From a virus (lineage: Duplodnaviria; Caudoviricetes): a stretch of 64,000 bases of DNA. Position 1 is the first letter of the stretch, and every line of letters starts with the position of its first letter. The stretch is taken from the IMG/VR virus record IMGVR_UViG_2847060657_000007, positions 1 to 64,000 of that record. One strand, 5' to 3'. Below are positions 49,354 to 58,838 of this stretch, piece after piece. The notes beneath the pieces were generated by a model. It did no database searches. It was not told the origin of the DNA and saw nothing but the letters and a program-made list of their open reading frames with translations. Made by a program: the position numbers and the translations under genes.

Positions 49354-50422
49354 CTTGAATTATCAAACCAACTGCAACACTTCATCAAAATAAACCTCAT
49401 AAGGTGTTTTCCAGTTTAAACACTTTTTGGGTCTATGATTGGGTTCATTTACTTTACTGATAATATCGCTTTCATGCCACTTGCTTAAATCTTGATGCTT
49501 AGGGAAATATTCTCTAAGCAGTCCATTGGTATTTTCATTGCTTCCCCTATCCCAAGGGTGTCTTGGTGGGGGAAAGTAAAACTCTACATTTAACTGCTGA
49601 CTGATTTTTTCATGATAAGCAAACTCTTTGCCTCTATCAGGGGTAATTGTATGGACTTTTACATCCTTTAATAAATCAATCATTGCAGTTTGTACATGTT
49701 CTGCCCTCTTGGCAGGTAATCTTCTGCACCACAGATAACGGCTTTTTCTATCTACTAAGGTGAGTAGACAATGACCACCAGAGATACCTAAGACAGTATC
49801 CACCTCTATGTCACCTGTCCGCTCTCTTAAATCAGCCATCTTTGGACGTTCTGATAATTCATGACTGATCTTAATTTTACCACGCTTTTCATCATGAGTC
49901 TTAGCATGTCTTGTCTTACCTTTATGGCGTAGCTTACGACGTGCCAATCTGCCACCTTCATCAAACCATCCATGATAAATGGCTCGATAAATTGTATTGG
50001 CACTTATTTGGTGTTTTGTATTCTCAAGCCTAAGACGATTGCTGATTTGCTCTGGAGACCACCTGTGACTCATAAACTTATCATGCACCAACTGATATAA
50101 CTCTTTGTCATCTAATTTAAACTTAAGTTTGCATGCTTGACGTTTTTTATCATAGTTTATCTGAGCCGTGTTAGCGCTATACGCTTGGTTTAACTTACAA
50201 TTTCTTGATATTTCTCTTGAAATTGTTGAGCAAGAACGTCCTAACATGCTTGCGATTTTACTGGGCTTTATGCCTTGTGCAAGCATTAACATTATCTTTT
50301 CTCGTTCATTTATGCTAAGATGTTTGTAGGTGTTCATGGTTACTTTTTTATTTGTGTGGTAACAATATTATCAGTAATGATGAACATCTTTTCATTTGTT
50401 GCGGTTGGATTGTATGTTTAAG
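49354..50422 (-). mobile_element. IS30-family element, transposase 49363-50337 apparently intact
   Basis: HLSINERE...STISREI HTH; DIEVDTV/TPDRGKEF/RGSNENTNGLLREYFPK; 26-bp imperfect IRs CTTGAATTATCAAACCAACTGCAACA and CTTAAACATACAATCCAACCGCAACA. Confidence 0.9.
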
Positions 50423-50424
50423 GG

Positions 50425-50457
50425 TTAATACTGTAAATAACGGGGGTTTATTTTACA
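50425..50457 (-). mobile_element. Isolated left end of the IS481 element
   Basis: Reverse complement of 39561-39593 (TGTAAAATAAACCCCCGTTATTTACAGTATTAA), cut next to the IS30 end. Confidence 0.8.
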
Positions 50458-50919
50458 CATAGTCTTCTAAATATTTTTGATAAAACTTATCAAACATCTG
50501 CTCAGATTTTTGTTTATCATCGGTAATGATGTTAAGTAAAGTGACAACCTTTTGGCGTTCCCCATCGTAAATATAGGGGGTATATTTTTCTAGGCTGTCC
50601 CGATATTGGACGGAAAAAAATAATATTCCATTCTAACAAGCCTATCGGAACAAGCATCAAATCCTTTGCTAGCCTTTTTTCATTATTTACCAAATCTTGT
50701 GCATGATATTTTTCAACACGCTCAAAAAAGCTTCTCTATTTTCAAACAATGCTCTGCCCTTATAACACTCTGGTGGGCCTGCAAATGCCACATTAAAACA
50801 CAGTGCCATAAGTGGTATGATAAACAGTTTAAGATATCTCATTTGGCTACTCCGATGGATTTGGTTAAATTGATGTCGTTGTGTATTTTAGTCCATTGCT
50901 ATTTAAAGAGTGAGCATAA

Positions 50920-51516
50920 TCATCGCTCTGACCTCCTTCTAATATCAATCCAATAAATTCCAGTATTGACATCTTTATCATGCCCCTGTAATCTACCGTG
51001 AAAATTAATAATAATATCGTCATAAATATATTGGGAGCCAATATAGCACCAATAGTCATAACATTCTTGCTTGGTTTGACTTAAAAAATCACGATATAGT
51101 TTATAAAAAATAGCCTCAGCCTCTTTCTCGTTATCGGTAGCAATCTTAATTAAGGTAATAACTCTGTCTTTTTCAAAATCAAATATTAGATGCTCCTCAG
51201 GGTCTTTATCATAAAACAATGAAAACTCCTGCGGAATACGACCGCCACTATTTACCACCTTTGAGTGTTCAAAATATCCAAGAAAAAAGTATCGTAGCCC
51301 AACACTAAAAGGGATATCAGGTGACACATAATGCTCATCAAAATAATAATTTGAACCGCTTATTAAGCCATATTCAATAAAATTTTTATCATCATATTTT
51401 TCAATGCGTTCTACAAGCTCCAAATCAGTTAAAAATATAGGGAGATAACGACCAGCGTAACTTATTTGTGAATAAACACAAAACGCAAAAATACATAATA
51501 AATGGGTGAATTTCAT
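50920..51516 (-). CDS. Putative periplasmic immunity protein
   Basis: Signal peptide MKFTHLLCIFAFCVYSQISYA; 4 nt downstream of the metallopeptidase fragment. Confidence 0.6.
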   Translation of the reverse strand: MKFTHLLCIFAFCVYSQISYAGRYLPIFLTDLELVERIEKYDDKNFIEYGLISGSNYYFDEHYVSPDIPFSVGLRYFFLGYFEHSKVVNSGGRIPQEFSLFYDKDPEEHLIFDFEKDRVITLIKIATDNEKEAEAIFYKLYRDFLSQTKQECYDYWCYIGSQYIYDDIIINFHGRLQGHDKDVNTGIYWIDIRRRSER

Positions 51517-51520
51517 AAAG

Positions 51521-51972
51521 TTACTTCCATTCAAGGTTGTTGTCATTGTTCATAATATCCCAATGATGTTTAAAAAGAGACCATTGAGTGCCTTTATGTA
51601 AATTACCATCGCCATTTTTGGTATGTTCATAGTCCATGATGCTGTCAGTATAACCTTGTGAGAAGATTAATCCTACCTCATCTTCAAAAGTATGCGATAA
51701 CCCAAAACTATGCCCCAGTTCGTGAATGAGTGTATGAGTATCACTTTGATTAAATAGCACACAGACATTTCCCCAATGATTGCATACTCTGTCTGTATGA
51801 CAAGCGTTGTAACCATCGGTTACTTCATGCTTTTGAGCAATCCCTGCCAATTGACTATCAAATCCAGCAATGGCATAATCACTAAATATAAGATGTGTAT
51901 GTTTTTGATAATTTTTGCTATCAGCATATTCTTTTATTCCTGATAGTAATAATCTGTGCAACCCAACCAAGT
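51521..51972 (-). pseudogene. C-terminal fragment of a Zn-metallopeptidase effector
   Basis: IHELGHSFGLSHTF, QGYTDSIMDY, SLFKHHWDIM; paralogous to the 41135-42931 C-terminus; 5' part replaced by an IS30 end at 51973. Confidence 0.8.
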
Positions 51973-53832
51973 CTTGCATTATACCCACCAAACCCCAAAA
52001 TAACACTTCAAACCTTCTTCGATTGTATCAAACTCTGACAAATGACTTCTAAGTCATCTCTTAATCGTTGCCCAAGTTTGCTCTATTGGGTTTAGCTTGG
52101 GTGAGTAAGGTGGTAGTGGTAAGATGATGTGTTTGTATGGTATGTTATTGATAAGCTCTTGCAAGTGTTTCATTCTGTGAAATCTTGCATTGTCTAAGAT
52201 GATGATACAAGGCTTGCCTGTTTGTTTGGTGTGATTGTTAAGACAAGGCAGTAGCATTTGTTCAAACCACGTTTCAAACAAAGCACTTGTCATTGTATTG
52301 TTGTAGATGAGTGGAGCAATCAGGTTTTTGGCTTTGCCCCCTATTTGTCCTGCCACTAAGGAGACTCGTTGATAGCGTCTGCCACTGACTTTATCATAGG
52401 CTCTTTGACCTTTTAGGCTTCTTGCATGAGTACGGTGCAAGTAAGTATCAATGCCTGTCTCATCTATATAGACAAGCTCGTAACCTTGTTTGGACGTAGC
52501 TTGTAGTTGTGTTAATTTGTCTTGGAAGTCTTTGACTTTGTTTGGGTCTTGCTCTTTGTGGGTTGTGGTCTTTTTTTAAGAGTAATGTTCATTGCTTTGA
52601 GTGCTTTATGGATTGCCATATCACTACACCCAAATACTTCACCAATTTCACGTAGGTATTTGTCAGGATTTGCTTCTACCTAAGCAAGAAGCTCTTTTCT
52701 GTCAAACTTTCTGGGTCTGTTGGTGGGTTTTTTACAAGACAAATTGCCTGTTTCTTTAAGTTGTCGTCTCCAACGAAACACGGTGTGTCTTGATACACCA
52801 AAAGCTTCTATAACAAGGTCAATGTTCTTGCATTTGTCATCATAAGCCAAGGCTTTTTGTCTGATTTCTAGTGAATAAGCCATATAAGTAGTGATTGGTG
52901 AATGGTGATGGAGATATGGGGATAATTGGTGTTGTTTTAAGGTTTGTTGGTTATACAACCCAACCGCAACACCAAATAACATAAAGAAGCGTTCATCAAT
53001 TTAATGTATTATTAAGTCACCACACAAAATAAAGCATTAAAGAGCATGAACACTTCTTACAAACATCTTAGCATAGATGAGCGTGAAAAGATAATGGTTT
53101 TGTTATCTTTGGGTAAATCTATGGGTATAATTGCCAAACAATTAAACAGAGCCAAGTCCACCATTTGCCGTGAAATCAAGAGAAATGGCGGTGTTGACAA
53201 TTATTTGGCAATCAAAGCAACTTGTCTTTACCAAACAAGAAGACAAGCCTGTCGCCCGAGCTTAAAGCTCACCAATCCGTATGTATTTAACTTGGTACAA
53301 GACAAGCTATTTAACCATCAATGGTCGCCTGAGCAAATACAGCATCGCTTAGCCCTTGAAGGTAGCCAAATAACGGTGAGTTATGCAATCATCTATCGGG
53401 GTTTGTATCAAGGCTTGTTTTGTTACTTTGGTAGATAGATGTAGTCGTTTTTTAATTTGCACAACCGTCAAAGCCAAAAAAGCAACCTTGGTCAGTCAAG
53501 CCATCATCAATGCCTTAGTGAATCAGCCTGTGCATACAATCACACCAGATAGAGGGAAAGAATTTGCCAAACATCGAAAAATAACAGACCACTTAAAAGC
53601 AACCATCCACTTTCCACCACCAAGACAGCCTTGGCAAAGAGGAAGCAATGAAAACACCAATGGGTTATTAACAGAATATTTCCCCAAAGGGTCTGATATT
53701 AACCAGTGGGACAATCAATACATACAAACAAAGGTCGCCAAACTCAATCTGCGACCTAGAAAATGTTTAAATTGGCGAACACCTTATGAGGTCTATTATC
53801 AAAAGGTGTTGCAGTTAGTTTGATGATTCAAG
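51973..53832 (+). mobile_element. Second, defective IS30-family element (internal deletion) with IS630 nested in its left IR
   Basis: ORFs 53046-53438 and 53383-53823; the segment between YQGLF and ACFVTLVDR, including the DTV motif, is missing; IRR TGTTGCAGTTAGTTTGATGATTCAAG; IRL split as CTTGCAT...CAACCCAACCGCAACA. Confidence 0.8.
51982..52953 (-). mobile_element. IS630-family element, pseudogenised
   Basis: MAYSLEIRQKAL HTH with nonsense TAG at 52680; A7 slippery site (LKK); YIDETG, ILDNARFH, YSPKLNPIE; TA-flanked imperfect IRs. Confidence 0.8.
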
Positions 53833-53853
53833 GGTTAAATTGGGTACGGATTT

Positions 53854-53881
53854 GTACGAGCGAATTGCAATTCGCCCGTAC
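53854..53881. repeat. REP-like palindrome
   Basis: GTACGAGCGAATTGCAATTCGCCCGTAC. Confidence 0.5.
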
Positions 53882-54266
53882 GGTTTAATGGTAAATCCCA
53901 TATCGTTTTGAAGTTTATAAATTATAACTTTTCGCCAATGGAATTTTATTAAAACAACTTAAATGTTTAATGCAATCTTATCAATTTTATTTACCCAAAA
54001 ATCCTTATTTTGATTTTGAGCACAAAATAAACCCCACCACAATAAATTAACCACACTCTCTGCAATAAATGGGATAATTCGAAATGATAAGGTATGATGT
54101 GGGATAGGGTATTTGAAAGAGCGTTACACTAGGTGAAACAAATTGACAGGTCAAAAACTTTTTTGAGATGAGAAAAGGTGGGTGTCATCATTCGCCTTAT
54201 ATACCTTCCTTATTTTAGCACATAAGGCAGTATAAATACTATGGGGTTTTATTTAAGGAAAATAAA

Positions 54267-55175
54267 TCAATCCAAAATCTCTAAACATGCCAAGCCTTCC
54301 AGCATAAAGTTAATATACTTTTTGGTTTGGTTGAGTGCTGGCTTATGAGCCATAATAAAGACTTGATGTGGTTTTTTACTAACCAACTTTCTGATATTTT
54401 CTATGCTAAACCTGGTTAGTTCTGTCCTTTCAATCAATTCCTTTGAAATAAATATTGTTGGTCTTATGGCACATCCAGCACTTTCTTTGAGACTTAACAA
54501 ATCCTTATCACTCAATGTATCGGCAAATCTAATAAGAAAATCGCCACTGTTTATCTCGTTTATCCAAGCCTTGCCATAATAAATACGCCAGCAATCATCT
54601 TCAAGCTCTGATAAATCTTGCCCTGCTATTTCAATAAAAATGTCTTGTAAACCCTTTCTTTCTTGAAAGGGTATTGGCAAGGTCAAAAGATAGTTCTCTT
54701 GATTTAAAAAAGCAGACACAATAACAGACAGTCTTTGTCTGCTATTTACTTTTCTTTTGTGGGTGTTATTATTCTGTTTTGGGCTGTGTCTTTTGATTGA
54801 TTGCAAAGAGTTACGGTCTAAGTCATCATCGTACTGCTTTTTTGGTGCTGGTTCTGTTAGGTCAAATAGGATTTCACCACTTTGCACATTTTGATAATGA
54901 CTGTCATTATCTGATTGGTTACGGGTAATCTTGGCAAGGTTTTCTTGTCTGCCTAACTTGCAATCAATCTTGTGATTTTCTACTGAGCGAAAGTGTGGCT
55001 CTACTTTGCGTTCGTTTTTAGGTTTGGATAGATTGACACAAGTTACCGCTATGCCACACAAAGGGCAAGTAAAATTCTTTTGGCTTGCAATCTTGCCAGC
55101 CTGATACGCAATATCAGCGTCTTTGGGATTGATGACTTTTTGTAAATCCAATGAGTAGGCGTTAGGTAAGGTCAT
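54267..55175 (-). CDS. Hypothetical protein with N-terminal CoiA-like zinc-finger motif
   Basis: FTCPLCG...PHFRSVENHKIDC (CxxC...H...H...C); 302 aa open frame. Confidence 0.55.
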   Translation of the reverse strand: MTLPNAYSLDLQKVINPKDADIAYQAGKIASQKNFTCPLCGIAVTCVNLSKPKNERKVEPHFRSVENHKIDCKLGRQENLAKITRNQSDNDSHYQNVQSGEILFDLTEPAPKKQYDDDLDRNSLQSIKRHSPKQNNNTHKRKVNSRQRLSVIVSAFLNQENYLLTLPIPFQERKGLQDIFIEIAGQDLSELEDDCWRIYYGKAWINEINSGDFLIRFADTLSDKDLLSLKESAGCAIRPTIFISKELIERTELTRFSIENIRKLVSKKPHQVFIMAHKPALNQTKKYINFMLEGLACLEILD

Positions 55176-55261
55176 TGTAGTGCCTGGTGGTTGCTAATTT
55201 GAAATTTATCATAGCAATTTTTAAGAAATGGCACAAGATGGATAAAGTGGCAAAAGGTTTA

Positions 55262-56025
55262 AAAAGTGCCGATGTCGACACATTTGAAAATATTGGACAA
55301 AAGCGACGATGTCGTCGTTTTATCTCTGTTTTTGGATTAATTCAATAAGGTAATGCTGGCATTGCTTTTGACCATCGTTAGCTTTTAAATGTGCCACTGG
55401 CGGTACATTTAAGACTGGTAGCGGTTATCACTTCTATAAATTACCCGACGTCGGGTAATTTAGAAAATGAAACAGTCTTTCAAATGTCCCGCTGGCGGGA
55501 CATTTGAAACAGCGTTTTAAAAAAATCAGATAAGAACAATAATTACATAAAATGGACGCCAGCGTCCATTTTAAACATTTAAAATAGCGGTCAAAAATGG
55601 TCATAACCGCCTTCATTAGCATTGTTGAGAGTTGAACCAACATTCAATAAAAAAAGAGTATAATAAAGCTTGTCTTTTATGTTTGCAGACATCTGCGAAA
55701 CAGTCATCAAAATTATCAACCAATAGCAAAAATCCCGACATCGGGATTTTTGGGTAAAAGTGACGCCAGCGTCATATTTGAAATGTTAGAAAAGTTCCGC
55801 CAGTGGGATTTTTATAAATCGGACGATGTCGTCCGTTTTGATAAAATGCTGAGCAAAAGCGACGCTGGCGTCGTTTTTATAAGTGGTTTGATTTTTGAAA
55901 CGCTGTTTCAAAGGTAACGACATCGTTACCTTTGAAAGGCTATTTCATTTTGACGTTAGCCTCTTAAAATGCACGCTGTCGTGCATTTTGGACAATCTTT
56001 TAAATCGGAAAACGTTTTCCGATTT
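55262..56025. repeat. Array of 13-14 degenerate ~24-bp palindromes, AAA-N5-CG(A/C)-(TG/CA/CG)-(T/G)CG-N5-TTT
   Basis: Copies at 55262, 55299, 55387, 55438, 55482, 55549, 55729, 55756, 55790, 55816, 55855, 55910, 55966 and a variant at 56002. Confidence 0.8.
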
Positions 56026-56223
56026 GCCAATAAAAAACCGCCCCAAAGCCTTAAACATCAAGGCTTTGGGGCGGTAGCGAGAACGCTTAAATGAAACCAA
56101 CCGTTGCACTTGTTGGCGGATGTATTATAGCCCAAAATGGGGAAAAGCGAAAACGGTTTTCGCTTTTAGACGGTGATTTTTTAAACCTGTTTGAGAAAAT
56201 TTGAATCAAAAAGTAAAAAATGC

Positions 56224-56252
56224 TTGACAATGTCCCATAAAATTAGCATAAT
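56224..56252 (+). promoter_or_regulatory. sigma70 promoter of the satellite-like operon
   Basis: TTGACA-N17-CATAAT. Confidence 0.7.
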
Positions 56253-56407
56253 GATTGTGTTACTGCAAAATCAGTAGCCAGCCGTGAGAAGCTGAGTATT
56301 AACAACAGGCTAGCAAGCCGTATTTGTCATTATCGCAGTCTACAATGATTGCTTTATGTAATGATAAGCGGTTTTTTGTTTGCACCCCTTTTATACCTTT
56401 TCTTTTT

Positions 56408-56487
56408 ATGGTGGATAAGGGGCAAGGCGGGCTTATGCTCGGCTGGTGTCTGTTGTGCCAGTTTCTCACCCTTGTCCTTTATCCATC
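56408..56487 (+). ncRNA. c4/CI-type antisense RNA (P1/P4-like immunity region)
   Basis: Closing stem GGTGGATAAGGGGCAAGG / CCTTGTCCTTTATCCATC; loop CAGTTTCTCAC is complementary to the upstream leader GTGAGAAGCTG; leader ACTGCAAAATCAGTAGC typical of ash/c4 regions. Confidence 0.65.
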
Positions 56488-56546
56488 GCCCTATACGTGA
56501 GAAATATAGAGCGGTATTTTACGATACAACAGAAAAGGTAATCCCT

Positions 56547-56819
56547 ATGACCACTTCCAATCATTCCCATTCTGGCAATCCTAATTTTAATAGCACCAGT
56601 CAACACCCCATCAGACCAAAGCCAAGCTGTGTTTGGCAAAATGGGCAATGGCTACTTAACGACGAAGCCTACAATCACCTTTTGAATGTGCGTGATACTT
56701 TGCTTGCATTTAGTAGCTATGCTCGTATCAATAACGATAAATGCAGTGATGCCCTATTAAACACTTTGGGTATGCTATCGGACATGATGACCAGCACCCT
56801 AGAAGCCCAAGAGTCCTAG
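56547..56819 (+). CDS. Small phage/satellite protein downstream of the c4 region (possible longer ash-like frame from 56349)
   Basis: ATG with AAAGGT RBS; 90 aa; position matches icd/ash-type genes. Confidence 0.45.
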   Translation: MTTSNHSHSGNPNFNSTSQHPIRPKPSCVWQNGQWLLNDEAYNHLLNVRDTLLAFSSYARINNDKCSDALLNTLGMLSDMMTSTLEAQES

Positions 56820-57015
56820 TCAATATCGTTGCAATCCTTTGATTAAAACCGCCTAAAAATACTTTTGGGCGGTTTTTGTTTTTAAAGTATTTTCTTAAAA
56901 CGTTTTCATGGAGAGTTTGTCGCCTGTTTTTGTAAAATGTTTTTAAAAATTTGGCAAGCCTTTTAGGTCTGCTTGATTTTTTTGTTATTTTATTTATCAC
57001 TTTTTAAGGTGTTTT

Positions 57016-57363
57016 ATGAGCAAAATCAATGCACAAGATGAACAGCAGTACGAAATGGTGATGGCAATCTCAGAATTTTTAAAAAATGAGAAGCTAGTCG
57101 CCAATGATTGTGATGGTGTGGCAATGCGATTGTATGAATGCCTGCAAAAGGTTTTTGGTGGTTGCAACATCTATTTTAAAAAAGGTGTTGTTGGGCAGGC
57201 GGACGAAGAAGGTCGGCAAATGCTGATAGACCAAGACAGAGGGCTTAGTATTCATCAAATTGCCCAAAAATATCAAAAGACCTGTCAATCCGTCTATAAA
57301 AAACTCTCAAAGGCACGAGCAGAAAGACGCAAGCAAAATAATGAAAACTTTGGAGCTTTATAA
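57016..57363 (+). CDS. Mor/C-family transcription activator
   Basis: FGGCNIYFKKG followed by HTH GLSIHQIAQKYQKTCQSVYKKL. Confidence 0.65.
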   Translation: MSKINAQDEQQYEMVMAISEFLKNEKLVANDCDGVAMRLYECLQKVFGGCNIYFKKGVVGQADEEGRQMLIDQDRGLSIHQIAQKYQKTCQSVYKKLSKARAERRKQNNENFGAL

Positions 57364-57374
57364 GGTGGCAAACA

Positions 57375-58085
57375 ATGAATAACTTAGAAGTAAAACGCTT
57401 TCAAATTTCAAGAACGGGCGTGCATACAGACAGTAACGGCAATGAACATACTTTTTCTGATACGCTATTTAATAAACTGGTAACACGATTTAATCAACTG
57501 GCAAATCATGGTAATCAACAAACACCCTTATATCTTGAACATCCCCAAAGCAAAGCTGATAATGACCCAACACGCCATCAAAGCTATGGTTATGTGTCTA
57601 GCCTTGAATTGGATAATGGGCGATTGTATGCGGTGGCGTGGGTTAATCGTGAGCTTATCAATTTGGTAAAAAGTGGGCAATATAAGGCGGTATCAGCTGG
57701 CTTTATGAAAGTGGGTGATGATTTGTGGCTAGACCATGTCGCTTTTGTCAAAAGACCTGCGGTAAAAGGCATGGAAGTGCTTAGTTTTTCAGAGCATTCT
57801 TTTGTGCAAAACTGTGTAACAGCATTGGTAAATACCCATAATTTTAATGCTGGCAATACCATTCATGAAAATGCTTTGTCGTGGATGAATGCTTTTAATA
57901 CTGATTATGAAACAGCAGTTATTTCGGTGATGCGTGAGCAAGCAAATACTGCTAATTTTTCAAAAAGAAACAGCAATAACCAATCCTATCAGTTGCACCA
58001 AAAAGCGTTAGCTTACCAAGCCCAATACGGCGTAAGTTATGAAGTGGCGGTGCGTGAATGTTTAAAACAAGGGGCTACTCTATGA
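57375..58085 (+). CDS. Mu-like prohead protease/scaffold (I/Z-like)
   Basis: PLYLEHP...YGYVSSL...KSGQYKAVSAGF...LDHVAFVKRPAVKGM; C-terminal LHQKALAYQAQYGVSYEVA scaffold-like helix. Confidence 0.7.
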   Translation: MNNLEVKRFQISRTGVHTDSNGNEHTFSDTLFNKLVTRFNQLANHGNQQTPLYLEHPQSKADNDPTRHQSYGYVSSLELDNGRLYAVAWVNRELINLVKSGQYKAVSAGFMKVGDDLWLDHVAFVKRPAVKGMEVLSFSEHSFVQNCVTALVNTHNFNAGNTIHENALSWMNAFNTDYETAVISVMREQANTANFSKRNSNNQSYQLHQKALAYQAQYGVSYEVAVRECLKQGATL

Positions 58086-58711
58086 GCAAATCAACCATTA
58101 AAAATGATATTGCTAAAATTAAAAACGAAATTCAAAAATGGCACGATGAATTAAAGCAGTTGAATCAAGAAAAATCAAGCTATGAAATGCAAATCAAAGA
58201 ACTTGAAATGATGCCTGTAAACCGTGCGGATTTTGGTGTATTGCTGAAAGAATCTATTGCACAAGAAGCAAATAACTACACCAAAAACATTGCTCAAAGC
58301 CTATTGCAACCTGAATTTTCTGATAAAGAAATGCAAGAAAAGCACAATGGATTTAAGGCAATGAATGAAAGAAGTCTTAAAGACTTTGAGTGGTGCAAGA
58401 ATAATCAAAGATTTGAATGGTTGTTTAATGCTTTTCGTAGCCATAAAAACATAATCACACCAAGCAATAGCACAGAAACAAGGCAAATGTTATGTTGGTT
58501 AATACCTGATGTGGTGTATGAAAAAACCATGCACATTATCAATACCGAAATAGGCGACGAATGGGGGAATGATGATTTACCAAGCATTAGTGAAAGATAT
58601 GAACTAATTTTATCATTAAAGGAGAAAATTAGTTCATGCCAAAATCGGATTGATGAATTACAAGGGGTTATTGATGAGATGAGTTCAATAACAATTAAGC
58701 CTGAAATTTAA
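58082..58711 (+). CDS. Hypothetical coiled-coil protein of the satellite-like operon
   Basis: ATGA-type overlap with the protease stop; heptad-rich termini. Confidence 0.55.
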   Translation: MSKSTIKNDIAKIKNEIQKWHDELKQLNQEKSSYEMQIKELEMMPVNRADFGVLLKESIAQEANNYTKNIAQSLLQPEFSDKEMQEKHNGFKAMNERSLKDFEWCKNNQRFEWLFNAFRSHKNIITPSNSTETRQMLCWLIPDVVYEKTMHIINTEIGDEWGNDDLPSISERYELILSLKEKISSCQNRIDELQGVIDEMSSITIKPEI

Positions 58712-58714
58712 GTG

Positions 58715-58754
58715 AAAAAAACACCTTTAATGTAAAAAATTAAAGGTGTTTTTT
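58715..58754. terminator. Bidirectional terminator-like hairpin
   Basis: AAAAAAACACCTTTAAT-N7-ATTAAAGGTGTTTTTT between convergent genes. Confidence 0.65.
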
Positions 58755-58838
58755 GTTTTGTGTCATAAATAAATTGAAATGCCTTTACACCAAGTGAAAG
58801 AAAAATTTTGTTTGTTTTATTGCAAACATTTGATAGTT

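Noticed and set aside
55229-55245. Second sigma54 promoter (TGGCACAAGATGGATA)
   Set aside because: The -12 element is mis-spaced and faces a non-coding repeat region.
55262-56025. CRISPR array or integron attC array
   Set aside because: Units are not identical, spacing is irregular (about 3 to 155 bp), no cas or intI gene, and no RYYYAAC/GTTRRRY ends.
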